DNA of 64,000 bases from Eubacteriales bacterium. Lineage in GTDB: Bacteria > Bacillota > Clostridia > Christensenellales > CAG-314. The DNA lies in the NCBI GenBank assembly GCA_035446985.1, contig DAOTGG010000001.1:17981-81980 (forward strand). The letters are read 5' to 3'. The notes under the pieces were generated by a model. The model was not told where the DNA came from and ran no database searches. It saw nothing but the letters and a program-made list of their open reading frames with translations. Every line of letters starts with the position of its first letter. The first letter of the stretch is position 1. Position numbers and translations under genes: made by a program. Shown here in pieces: positions 50,711 through 57,684 of the stretch.

Positions 50711-51892
50711 ATGATTGCGCCGTTTATAAAAACAAATCGAATAAAAATATTTTTAGTCTTTTGTCTTGTTATTATAGTAGCTATGATTTTTTTGCCGAAC
50801 ACAGCTTTTGCAGACGAGGACGAGCTTACCACGCTCACCGAAGAGCAAGGCAACGCTATTGACTGGGACGAGCTGGAAGACTTTTTGGATTCGCTGGAAA
50901 GCGGCGTCAACGATAAATCCGCTTTTGAACTATTCAGCGCGCTTATTCACGGCGAATACACGGTGGGTAGCGGCGACTTTGCAAAATACGTTTTTGAAAT
51001 ATTTTTTTCAAGACTCGCTTCCGCTTTGCCGTCGATACTGACTATCGTTGCCGTTGCGGCTTTATGCGGACTTTTGGCGAAAAACAAGTCGACTGTTTTT
51101 GGAAAGTCAACGGGCGAGCTAGTGTTTTTCGTATGCTTTTCAGTAATAATCATAACGACACTCGCCTATGTGTGGACCTATGTGGAAAGCACGAAAGAAG
51201 CGTTAATCCGAGTAAAAACCTTGATAAATATAGTTATGCCCACGCTATTGGCTTTTATGGCGGCTATCGGCTCAAAAGTGGCTTTGTCGGTATATCAGCC
51301 CGCGGTAGCGTTACTGGCAAACGGCATAATAGAGATAGCTTGCAACGTGATTATGCCCTTGATTATTATCGCTTTTGTGTTTTCGGTAGTATCTAATCTT
51401 TCTAACGACGTCAGGCTCGATAAAATCACAACTTTCTTTAAAAACTTCGCCATGGCTTTGTTTGGAATAGCATTCACGGTATTTTCAGCTTTTTTGACTG
51501 TGCAGGGAATAAACGCAAACGTTTTTGACAGCGTTTCGTTAAGAGCCGCAAAATACGCCACAAAAAACTATATTCCTATAGTCGGCGGTTATCTGGCGGA
51601 AGGGCTTGACCTAGTTATGGCCAGCTCGGTACTCGTTAAAAACGCTTTCGGAGTGGTGGCTTTGCTTATGTTGGGGGCTATAATCGTTATTCCAGTAGTT
51701 GAGCTAGTCGTGTTCAATCTGCTTATGCAGCTTGCAGCGGGCATAATTGAGCCGATAACCGACGAGCGGATAGTCAAGTTTTTAACAGCTATTTCAAAAA
51801 ATATGATGCTGCTTGTCGTGCTTATTTTGGGAGTGGCTTTGATGCTTTTCGTCGTGATTTTACTGATTATTTCTACGGCTAACGTTTTTTGA
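50711..51892 (+). CDS. spoIIIAE: Stage III sporulation protein AE
   Basis: The ORF is open from TTG 50684; ATG 50711 gives a signal-peptide-like N-terminus (MIAPFIKTNRIKIFLVFCLVIIVAMIFLPNTAFA/DEDE). Large polytopic membrane protein. The start site is uncertain. Confidence 0.85.
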   Translation: MIAPFIKTNRIKIFLVFCLVIIVAMIFLPNTAFADEDELTTLTEEQGNAIDWDELEDFLDSLESGVNDKSAFELFSALIHGEYTVGSGDFAKYVFEIFFSRLASALPSILTIVAVAALCGLLAKNKSTVFGKSTGELVFFVCFSVIIITTLAYVWTYVESTKEALIRVKTLINIVMPTLLAFMAAIGSKVALSVYQPAVALLANGIIEIACNVIMPLIIIAFVFSVVSNLSNDVRLDKITTFFKNFAMALFGIAFTVFSAFLTVQGINANVFDSVSLRAAKYATKNYIPIVGGYLAEGLDLVMASSVLVKNAFGVVALLMLGAIIVIPVVELVVFNLLMQLAAGIIEPITDERIVKFLTAISKNMMLLVVLILGVALMLFVVILLIISTANVF

Positions 51893-51905
51893 GGAGCAAA
51901 AAATT

Positions 51906-52373
51906 ATGGGTATATGGATAATTTCCGTAACGGGTATCGTGGCTTTGACTTTACTTGTGGACATTATTTTGCCCGAAGGGGAGTCAAATAAATATGTAAA
52001 AGCGGTGATGTCGATATTGACGACTTTCGTTTTAATACAGCCGCTGCCGGGGGTTTTGTCGGAAAATTTTGACGTCGGAGAGTATTTTGAAATAGATACG
52101 GTTTCGGCTGACGCAGGTTTATCAAGTAAACTCGACGACATTAAAACAGATTACTGGGAAAACACCATAACCGCCGTTTTGAATAGCAACGGAGTGAAAA
52201 ACGCCGATATAAAAGTGGTTTTGGACGAAGAAAAGGACTTTGTCGTAAAGGTTTATTTGCAAAATATAGTAATAGCGGACAACCAAAATCATATATTTAT
52301 TACTAAGTTGATAACGCAGATTTTTGAAGATAAGCTTGGAATATCCGCTGAAAGGATTAGTTTTTATGATTAG
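51906..52373 (+). CDS. spoIIIAF: Stage III sporulation protein AF
   Basis: 155 aa. Two N-terminal TM helices with the LLVDIILPEGESNKYVKAVMSIL motif. GAGGAG RBS. Confidence 0.75.
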   Translation: MGIWIISVTGIVALTLLVDIILPEGESNKYVKAVMSILTTFVLIQPLPGVLSENFDVGEYFEIDTVSADAGLSSKLDDIKTDYWENTITAVLNSNGVKNADIKVVLDEEKDFVVKVYLQNIVIADNQNHIFITKLITQIFEDKLGISAERISFYD

Positions 52374-52848
52374 AGAATTTTGGGAAAAAATCAAAAAAAT
52401 TAAACACATAGAAATCTACGCCGCAATAATTTTATGCGTCGCCGCTCTTGTCGTATTTTTTGCGGATTTCGGCGGAAACACGACTACAGTCGTCACGGAA
52501 GAAAACTGGGAAGAACAGATATTATCTAACGTTACCGAAATAGTTTCTAATATCGAGGGAGTAGGCAAAGTCAGTATCGCTATTACTTATGACAGCGGTC
52601 TTGTGAACGAATATCTATATGAAACTAAGACCGAAACAAACTCAGGCAGCACCACCAGCACGAGCGAGATAGTCAGCTATAAGGGCGAACCGATAGTATT
52701 AAGAGAATTATACCCCGCCATTAAAGGCGTCGTCGTTGTTGCGGAAGGCGGCGACAAAACGGAAGTAAAATACAAAATCATAAAAGCATTGGTTACACTA
52801 CTTGGTATTGACGGAAGTCAAATCGAAGTATTTGGATATAAAAAATAA
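52366..52848 (+). CDS. spoIIIAG: Stage III sporulation protein AG
   Basis: Start trimmed to ATG 52366 (overlaps the spoIIIAF stop). One TM helix, then a ring-building-motif-like domain ending in IKGVVVVAEGG...LLGIDGSQIEVF. Confidence 0.75.
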   Translation: MIREFWEKIKKIKHIEIYAAIILCVAALVVFFADFGGNTTTVVTEENWEEQILSNVTEIVSNIEGVGKVSIAITYDSGLVNEYLYETKTETNSGSTTSTSEIVSYKGEPIVLRELYPAIKGVVVVAEGGDKTEVKYKIIKALVTLLGIDGSQIEVFGYKK

Positions 52849-52864
52849 TTGGAGGATATTTTAA

Positions 52865-53350
52865 ATGTCAAAAAAGAAAAAAATCGTTCTGCTCGTGGCA
52901 ATGGTTGCCGTACTAGCGATTGCCGCTTTCGTAAATATTTGGCTGATCAATAACAGCAACACAGATGTTACCGGCGACGGCGACGCTGTGGTTACGGGTA
53001 ACTTTTTCAGCACTTACCGAACAGACAGACAGAACACCAGAAATTACGAAATAGAGCTGCTTGACGAAATCCTGGCTACAACAACGGAAGAGTACGCTCA
53101 AGCCAGAGAAGAGGCTATGGCTCAAAAACTCAAACTTATCGAAACAACGGAGCTGGAACTTTTGCTTGAAACAATGCTCAAAGCGCAAGGATTTACCGAC
53201 GCTGTCGTTTCTATCGGCACGAGCAGCCAAAACATCAACGTAATCGTTTCCGCTGACGAACTGACAAAAGAAGATACGGCGAAAATATACAATGTTATAA
53301 TAAGCGAAATCGAAACTACACCTGACTACATAAAAATATTGGCGATATAA
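52865..53350 (+). CDS. spoIIIAH: Stage III sporulation protein AH
   Basis: 161 aa. N-terminal TM anchor (KKKKIVLLVAMVAVLAIAAFVNIWL) and a C-terminal YscJ/FliF-like segment. Last gene of the array. GGAGG RBS. Confidence 0.7.
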   Translation: MSKKKKIVLLVAMVAVLAIAAFVNIWLINNSNTDVTGDGDAVVTGNFFSTYRTDRQNTRNYEIELLDEILATTTEEYAQAREEAMAQKLKLIETTELELLLETMLKAQGFTDAVVSIGTSSQNINVIVSADELTKEDTAKIYNVIISEIETTPDYIKILAI

Positions 53351-53365
53351 CAGTAAACTAAATTA

Positions 53366-53394
53366 TTGTTTTTTTGCGGTAGTTATGGTATACT
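53366..53394 (+). promoter_or_regulatory. Candidate sigma-A promoter for asp23-nusB (TTGTTT-17-TATACT with TGn)
   Basis: TTGTTT at 53366-53371, 17-nt spacer ending in TGg (53386-53388), TATACT at 53389-53394. Confidence 0.45.
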
Positions 53395-53424
53395 AACTTC
53401 ATATAAAACATTTGGAGATGTCTT

Positions 53425-53766
53425 ATGAAGATAGTATCGAAATACGACGGAACGGGTAAAGTTGTTTATAGCACCGAAATAGTTAGAGGCGTGGTTGATT
53501 GCGCGATTGCCGAAATTGACGGCGTGGTAAAATACGACAAACGCACGAAAGCGGGCAAAAAGCAAACTAATAACTATATCAAAATCGACCATATCGGTGA
53601 TTCGCTCTATATAGACGTTTATATCAAACTTCTTTACAACGTAAACGTTTCCGATATCGCGAGCAAGGTACAGGGAGCTATTAAAAACACATTGGAAACG
53701 ATGACCGAATTTGTGGTCAAAGACGTAAACGTTCACGTTATCGACGTGGAGTTTGACGAACAATAA
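53425..53766 (+). CDS. Asp23/Gls24 family alkaline-shock/envelope-stress protein
   Basis: 113 aa. EIVRGVVDCAIAEIDGVV ... VSDIASKVQGAIKNTLETMT ... V.VHVIDV pattern. The B. subtilis yqhY homolog also precedes nusB. Confidence 0.85.
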   Translation: MKIVSKYDGTGKVVYSTEIVRGVVDCAIAEIDGVVKYDKRTKAGKKQTNNYIKIDHIGDSLYIDVYIKLLYNVNVSDIASKVQGAIKNTLETMTEFVVKDVNVHVIDVEFDEQ

Positions 53767-53776
53767 CTAACGCAAA

Positions 53777-53803
53777 AACCCTTTGGCTTTTTGTCAAAGG
53801 GTT
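53777..53803 (+). other. Hairpin between asp23 and nusB (no downstream T-run)
   Basis: AACCCTTTG (53777-53785) pairs with CAAAGGGTT (53795-53803), 9-nt loop. Followed by AATATAAA, so it is not a canonical terminator. Confidence 0.3.
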
Positions 53804-53824
53804 AATATAAATTTAAAGGAAATT

Positions 53825-54229
53825 ATGAGAAAGTACGCGAGGGAAATTGCATTTTGTCTGGTTTATGAATATTTTTTTAAAGGCGAGCGGAACGACTTGT
53901 CGTTAGATTTATTTGAAGCGAGTATATTAACCGATGACGACAAAACTTTTATTTCAAAGTTATATAACGGCGCGATAGACAACCTGGACGAATACAAAGA
54001 AAAAGTTACAAAATACTCAAAAGGTTACAAAATCGACAGAATTTTCAAGGTTGACCTTGCGATAATAGTATCGGCGATGCACGAAATGCTTTACATGGAT
54101 ACGCCGCCGGCGGTATGCGTAAACGAAGCGGTGGAGATTGCTAAAAAGTTTTCCACAAAAAAGAGCTTGTCTTACGTCAACGGGCTTTTGGCGCAATTTA
54201 TAAAACAGGAAATCGAGACCAAGACCTAA
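53825..54229 (+). CDS. nusB: Transcription antitermination factor NusB
   Basis: Start trimmed to ATG 53825 (AAGGA RBS). MRKYAREIAFCLVYEYFF, ...VCVNEAVEIAKKFS...SYVNGLL. Confidence 0.9.
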   Translation: MRKYAREIAFCLVYEYFFKGERNDLSLDLFEASILTDDDKTFISKLYNGAIDNLDEYKEKVTKYSKGYKIDRIFKVDLAIIVSAMHEMLYMDTPPAVCVNEAVEIAKKFSTKKSLSYVNGLLAQFIKQEIETKT

Positions 54230-54231
54230 AA

Positions 54232-55350
54232 ATGATTATCAGCGTAACGCAATTTAATAATTTTCTCAAAGCGGTTATCGACAGCGAGCCAATGCTGGGT
54301 AACATCAGCGTAAAGGGAGAAATTTCTAATTACAAGGAAAGTTACGATTCCTTGTACTTTTGTCTTAAAGACGAATTTTCCCAAATGGATTGTTTCGCTT
54401 TTACGTCGCTGACGGGAAAGGGGTTTAATAACGGTATGTCTGTCGTTATTGAGGGTACGGTTTCGTATCTAACAAAATACGGCAAACTATCTTTTAATGT
54501 CAAAAAAATTACACCCGAAAACAATCTCGGTCTGCAATACAAAAAATTACTCGAACTCAAATCGAAACTGGAAAAAGAAGGTTGTTTTTCAACGGAAATT
54601 AAAAAAACTGTTCCTGCCGATTGCAGGACAATAGGCGTCGTTACGTCGGAAAACGGAGCGGTGATACATGACATTGAAGCCGTAACGCTGCGTAGAAATC
54701 CCGCCGTCGATATTATGCTTTATCCCGTAAAAGTCCAAGGGACGGGGGCGGAAAACGAAATAGCGAACGGAATAGATTATTTTTCTAATTTAAATAACAT
54801 TGACGCGGTTATTATCGGGCGCGGCGGCGGCAGTAACGAAGACTTGTCCGCGTTTAATACCGAGACGGTGGTCAGAGCCATTAACCGCTGCGGTGTTCCC
54901 ACGGTGTCCGCCGTAGGACACGACACGGACTTTACTTTCGCGGATTTTGCGGCTGATAAAAGAGCGGCGACGCCTACCGAAGCCGCGGAAATACTTACTT
55001 CTAACGTTATAGACGCAAAAAAAATCGCGCTTACTACATTAAATCGAATCGCTTATTTAGCGAAAGACAAATTAGATAAAAAATATCAAAATGCCGCTTA
55101 TTCGGTTTCATCTATGTACGCCGCGGCAAATAATACTCTCTACGGCGTTGAAAAACAGATTATTACGCTGTCAAAATCGCTTGACGCCGCAAATCCGTCA
55201 AAAATGCTGGCGAAAGGCTTTACCCAGATAACGAAAAACGGCGAAACGGTAAAAAGAGTCGCCGAGCTAAGTAAGGGAGAGGAAATAGAATTTATTTTGC
55301 AGGACGGAACGGCGGAAGCGAAAATCACGGATATTAAGGTGAAAAAATGA
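54232..55350 (+). CDS. xseA: Exodeoxyribonuclease VII large subunit
   Basis: 372 aa. OB-fold N-terminus (VSVTQFNNFLK...ISVKGEISNYK), IGVVTSENGAVIHDI, IIGRGGGSNEDLSAFN, VGHDTDFT. Confidence 0.9.
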   Translation: MIISVTQFNNFLKAVIDSEPMLGNISVKGEISNYKESYDSLYFCLKDEFSQMDCFAFTSLTGKGFNNGMSVVIEGTVSYLTKYGKLSFNVKKITPENNLGLQYKKLLELKSKLEKEGCFSTEIKKTVPADCRTIGVVTSENGAVIHDIEAVTLRRNPAVDIMLYPVKVQGTGAENEIANGIDYFSNLNNIDAVIIGRGGGSNEDLSAFNTETVVRAINRCGVPTVSAVGHDTDFTFADFAADKRAATPTEAAEILTSNVIDAKKIALTTLNRIAYLAKDKLDKKYQNAAYSVSSMYAAANNTLYGVEKQIITLSKSLDAANPSKMLAKGFTQITKNGETVKRVAELSKGEEIEFILQDGTAEAKITDIKVKK

Positions 55351-55541
55351 ATATCGAACAACTTTTAAAAAAATTGAATGAAATAGTAGCGCAAATGGAA
55401 AATCAGGACGTTACTATCGAAAAAAGTCTTGAGCTTTTTGACGAAGGCGTGACTTTGGCAAAACAATGCTTTGATTCTCTGGAAGAATACAAAGGCAAAC
55501 TTACTGTAATAAAGGAAAAACTCGACCAGATAGGTAAATAA
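55347..55541 (+). CDS. xseB: Exodeoxyribonuclease VII small subunit
   Basis: 64 aa. LNEIVAQMENQDVTIEKSLELFDEGVTLAKQC pattern. Overlaps the xseA stop. Confidence 0.85.
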   Translation: MNIEQLLKKLNEIVAQMENQDVTIEKSLELFDEGVTLAKQCFDSLEEYKGKLTVIKEKLDQIGK

Positions 55542-55543
55542 AA

Positions 55544-56323
55544 ATGTACGACGTAGAAAAAATAATCGATCAATATTTTCCAAAATTCGACGAAACTAAT
55601 ACAGCCTTAGTCGCGGCAAAATATGCTGTTGGCAGCGGCGGAAAACGCTTGCGCCCGACGTTTGCCCTAAACTGCGCCGATATGATAAAAGCTGTCGACG
55701 ATAAAGTAAAAAGGATTGCTGTTGCGATAGAATTTTTGCACACTTATTCGCTTATACACGACGACCTTCCAGCGATGGACGACGACGATATCAGGCGCGG
55801 AAAACCCAGCTGCCACATAGCTTTCGGCGAAGCTGCAGCCATTCTAGCGGGGGATGCATTACAAAATCTCGCTTTTGAAGTATTAGCGGATGTAGAAAAT
55901 TCGAGCGAAAATTATTTAAAAGCGATTAACTACATAGCAAAAATGAGCGGCGCGAGCGGTATGATATATGGTCAATGCCTTGATATCAGCGGAAACAATT
56001 TAAACGAAAAGCAGTATTTTAATATGATAAAGCATAAAACCGCAAATATGTTTATGGCGAGCGTGGTAGCTCCCGCTATTTATTTTGATATAGATAACGC
56101 CCAAATCGGCTTGCTGGAAAATTTTGCGGAAAATTACGGCATATTGTTTCAGATAGCGGACGACCTAACGGATAACGACGGCTGGGTAAATGAAAACAAA
56201 GATAGGGCGATTATTTTAACCAATAACGCTTATGATAACGCCTTAACAAGCCTGTCAATGCTCAAATACGACACAAAATATTTTGAGTCGGCATTGGAAA
56301 ACATTCACAGTAAATTGGCTTAA
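55544..56323 (+). CDS. ispA: Short-chain (E)-polyprenyl diphosphate synthase (FPP/GGPP synthase family), compact form
   Basis: 259 aa. GGKRLRP, first DDxxD LIHDDLPAMDDDDIRRGKP, second FQIADDLTD. The usual GK..G.D...K.T segment after the second motif is not recognisable. Confidence 0.85.
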   Translation: MYDVEKIIDQYFPKFDETNTALVAAKYAVGSGGKRLRPTFALNCADMIKAVDDKVKRIAVAIEFLHTYSLIHDDLPAMDDDDIRRGKPSCHIAFGEAAAILAGDALQNLAFEVLADVENSSENYLKAINYIAKMSGASGMIYGQCLDISGNNLNEKQYFNMIKHKTANMFMASVVAPAIYFDIDNAQIGLLENFAENYGILFQIADDLTDNDGWVNENKDRAIILTNNAYDNALTSLSMLKYDTKYFESALENIHSKLA

Positions 56324-56330
56324 TAGACAT

Positions 56331-56359
56331 TTGCATTTTTTTAAACAATATGCTATAAT
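56331..56359 (+). promoter_or_regulatory. Near-consensus sigma-A promoter driving the large ncRNA (TTGCAT-17-TATAAT with TGn)
   Basis: TTGCAT at 56331-56336, 17-nt spacer ending in TGc (56351-56353), TATAAT at 56354-56359. Starts 8 nt after the ispA stop. Confidence 0.7.
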
Positions 56360-56365
56360 CGGCAT

Positions 56366-56965
56366 AGAATATAGGTGGTGCAGTATTCTAGTCAGAACTC
56401 ATTGTGTTGAAGACGGGGTTAAACTATCGTCAAAGGGCACATCTATGAAGCTTCTGGTGTTGGCTTTCGTTGCCCAAACGGGGGTTGATGCTGGGAGATA
56501 AGGATAACGGGCCGGCCGTAACGGCATACGGCGCATGTGACCCGTTACCCGTGGAGACTCGAAGCGGTAGGCAAAAATTGTATTTATGCTTACTGCCCGA
56601 GATTAAACCTGCTATGCGGTGAACAAAAAGCTGTGTACAGAGTAGCCTGCTTTGAGCGAGAGCTTTGGGATTAGTGAACAACTGTGCGAATTGGCCAATT
56701 CAAACATGCGATTGCTCTATGAAATTTGTCTTGCAAAAGAAGCTAAATACAATGACTATGTGAAGGAAATCTTCTAGACTGCAACCCAGGTATTTCGGAG
56801 ATTATAGTACGGACTTAGTGGCGATTCAGTTGCGCCTTTGGTAACGAGGCGATACGGAATTTAAAAGGAAACTGCCCGATCGGCGACGACGGGTATTTCG
56901 TAGGGAAATCCTACTGAACCTATGCCGTAAGGTTTATCCGATTTATCACCACCTTTATTTTTTTA
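56366..56965 (+). ncRNA. ole: Large (about 600 nt) structured non-coding RNA, most likely OLE-class
   Basis: 668-nt gap with no RBS-preceded ORF, and G+C-richer than other spacers. 5' GGTGGTG (56374-80) pairs with 3' CACCACC (56947-53). Internal helices include 56505-11/56541-47, 56565-73/56587-95, 56875-78/56890-93, 56900-04/56910-14 and 56917-21/56930-34. The ispA-RNA-4TM protein-dxs-nadK-argR-recN context matches that described for OLE/oapA. End coordinates are approximate and no covariance model was run. Confidence 0.6.
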
Positions 56966-56991
56966 TATTTATAATTTTATTAGAGGAGTTT

Positions 56992-57636
56992 ATGTCTAAA
57001 AAAGACGCAGACCTGCCGGGGACTATCCCCGAAAAAACCATCGGTAAAAACGAAAAAAATGATAAAAACAAAAAGACCGACAAATCACGTCAGGACGGCA
57101 GTTGGATAATTATAGTACTGCTTTTGACGCTTGGTTTGTCGTTTCTAATTAGTTTTATTACCGAGCTTATTTATATGGCGATAGACGTTTCGCTGTGGCG
57201 TATATTTACCGCTACTATTTTGGTGCTTATAATTATCTTCATTAGCATTATTTCCGATATGATGGGGGTAGCGGCGACCGCCGCGGACGAAGAGCCATTT
57301 TTGGCTATGGCTTCACGCAAAATCAAAGGAGCTAAAAAAGCGGTAATGTTATGTAGAAACGCCGATAAAGTTTCGTCTATACTTAACGATATAATAGGCG
57401 ACGTTTGCGGTATTATATCGGGCGCGTCGGGCGCGGCTATTGCTGCCGTAGTAGTCTCAAAATACAGCAATATAAGTGCATTGGGCACGATATTTATCAG
57501 CGTTGCGGTTTCCGCTCTTATCGCTACGATAACGATAACGGGTAAAGCCGTAGCAAAACGTAACGCGACGAAAAACGCTAACGAAATAACGTTAAGTTTG
57601 GCTAAATTTTTGTCCATACTCGATAAGGACAAATAA
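56992..57636 (+). CDS. oapA: Four-TM membrane protein immediately downstream of the ncRNA, OapA-like (OLE-associated protein A)
   Basis: 214 aa. GAGGAG RBS. Lys-rich N-terminal region of about 35 aa, then four predicted TM helices (WIIIVLLLTLGLSFLISFI; IFTATILVLIIIFISIISDMMGV; IIGDVCGIISGASGAAIAAVVV; LGTIFISVAVSALIATITI). The assignment rests on position and topology. Confidence 0.6.
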   Translation: MSKKDADLPGTIPEKTIGKNEKNDKNKKTDKSRQDGSWIIIVLLLTLGLSFLISFITELIYMAIDVSLWRIFTATILVLIIIFISIISDMMGVAATAADEEPFLAMASRKIKGAKKAVMLCRNADKVSSILNDIIGDVCGIISGASGAAIAAVVVSKYSNISALGTIFISVAVSALIATITITGKAVAKRNATKNANEITLSLAKFLSILDKDK

Positions 57637-57684
57637 TTTTTGCTTGCTTACGCTAGCGTTATCAAAAAATCAAAGGGACAATTA

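Noticed and set aside
56283-56681. ORFs of 72 aa (+, 56283-56501) and 83 aa (-, 56430-56681) inside the ispA-oapA gap.
   Set aside because: Neither has a Shine-Dalgarno sequence. The + ORF begins inside ispA in another frame. The two ORFs overlap each other antisense. The region has the hallmarks of a structured RNA (paired ends, many GC helices), so I treat it as non-coding.
56366-56965. Alternative identities for the large RNA: RNase P RNA, tmRNA or a group II intron.
   Set aside because: I see no GAGGAAAGUCC-type RNase P core. There is no tRNA-like GGGG...CCA end and no tag ORF ending in a stop, as tmRNA would have. The RNA lacks a GUGYG 5' end, a domain V-like element and an intron-encoded protein. 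Its length and context fit OLE better.
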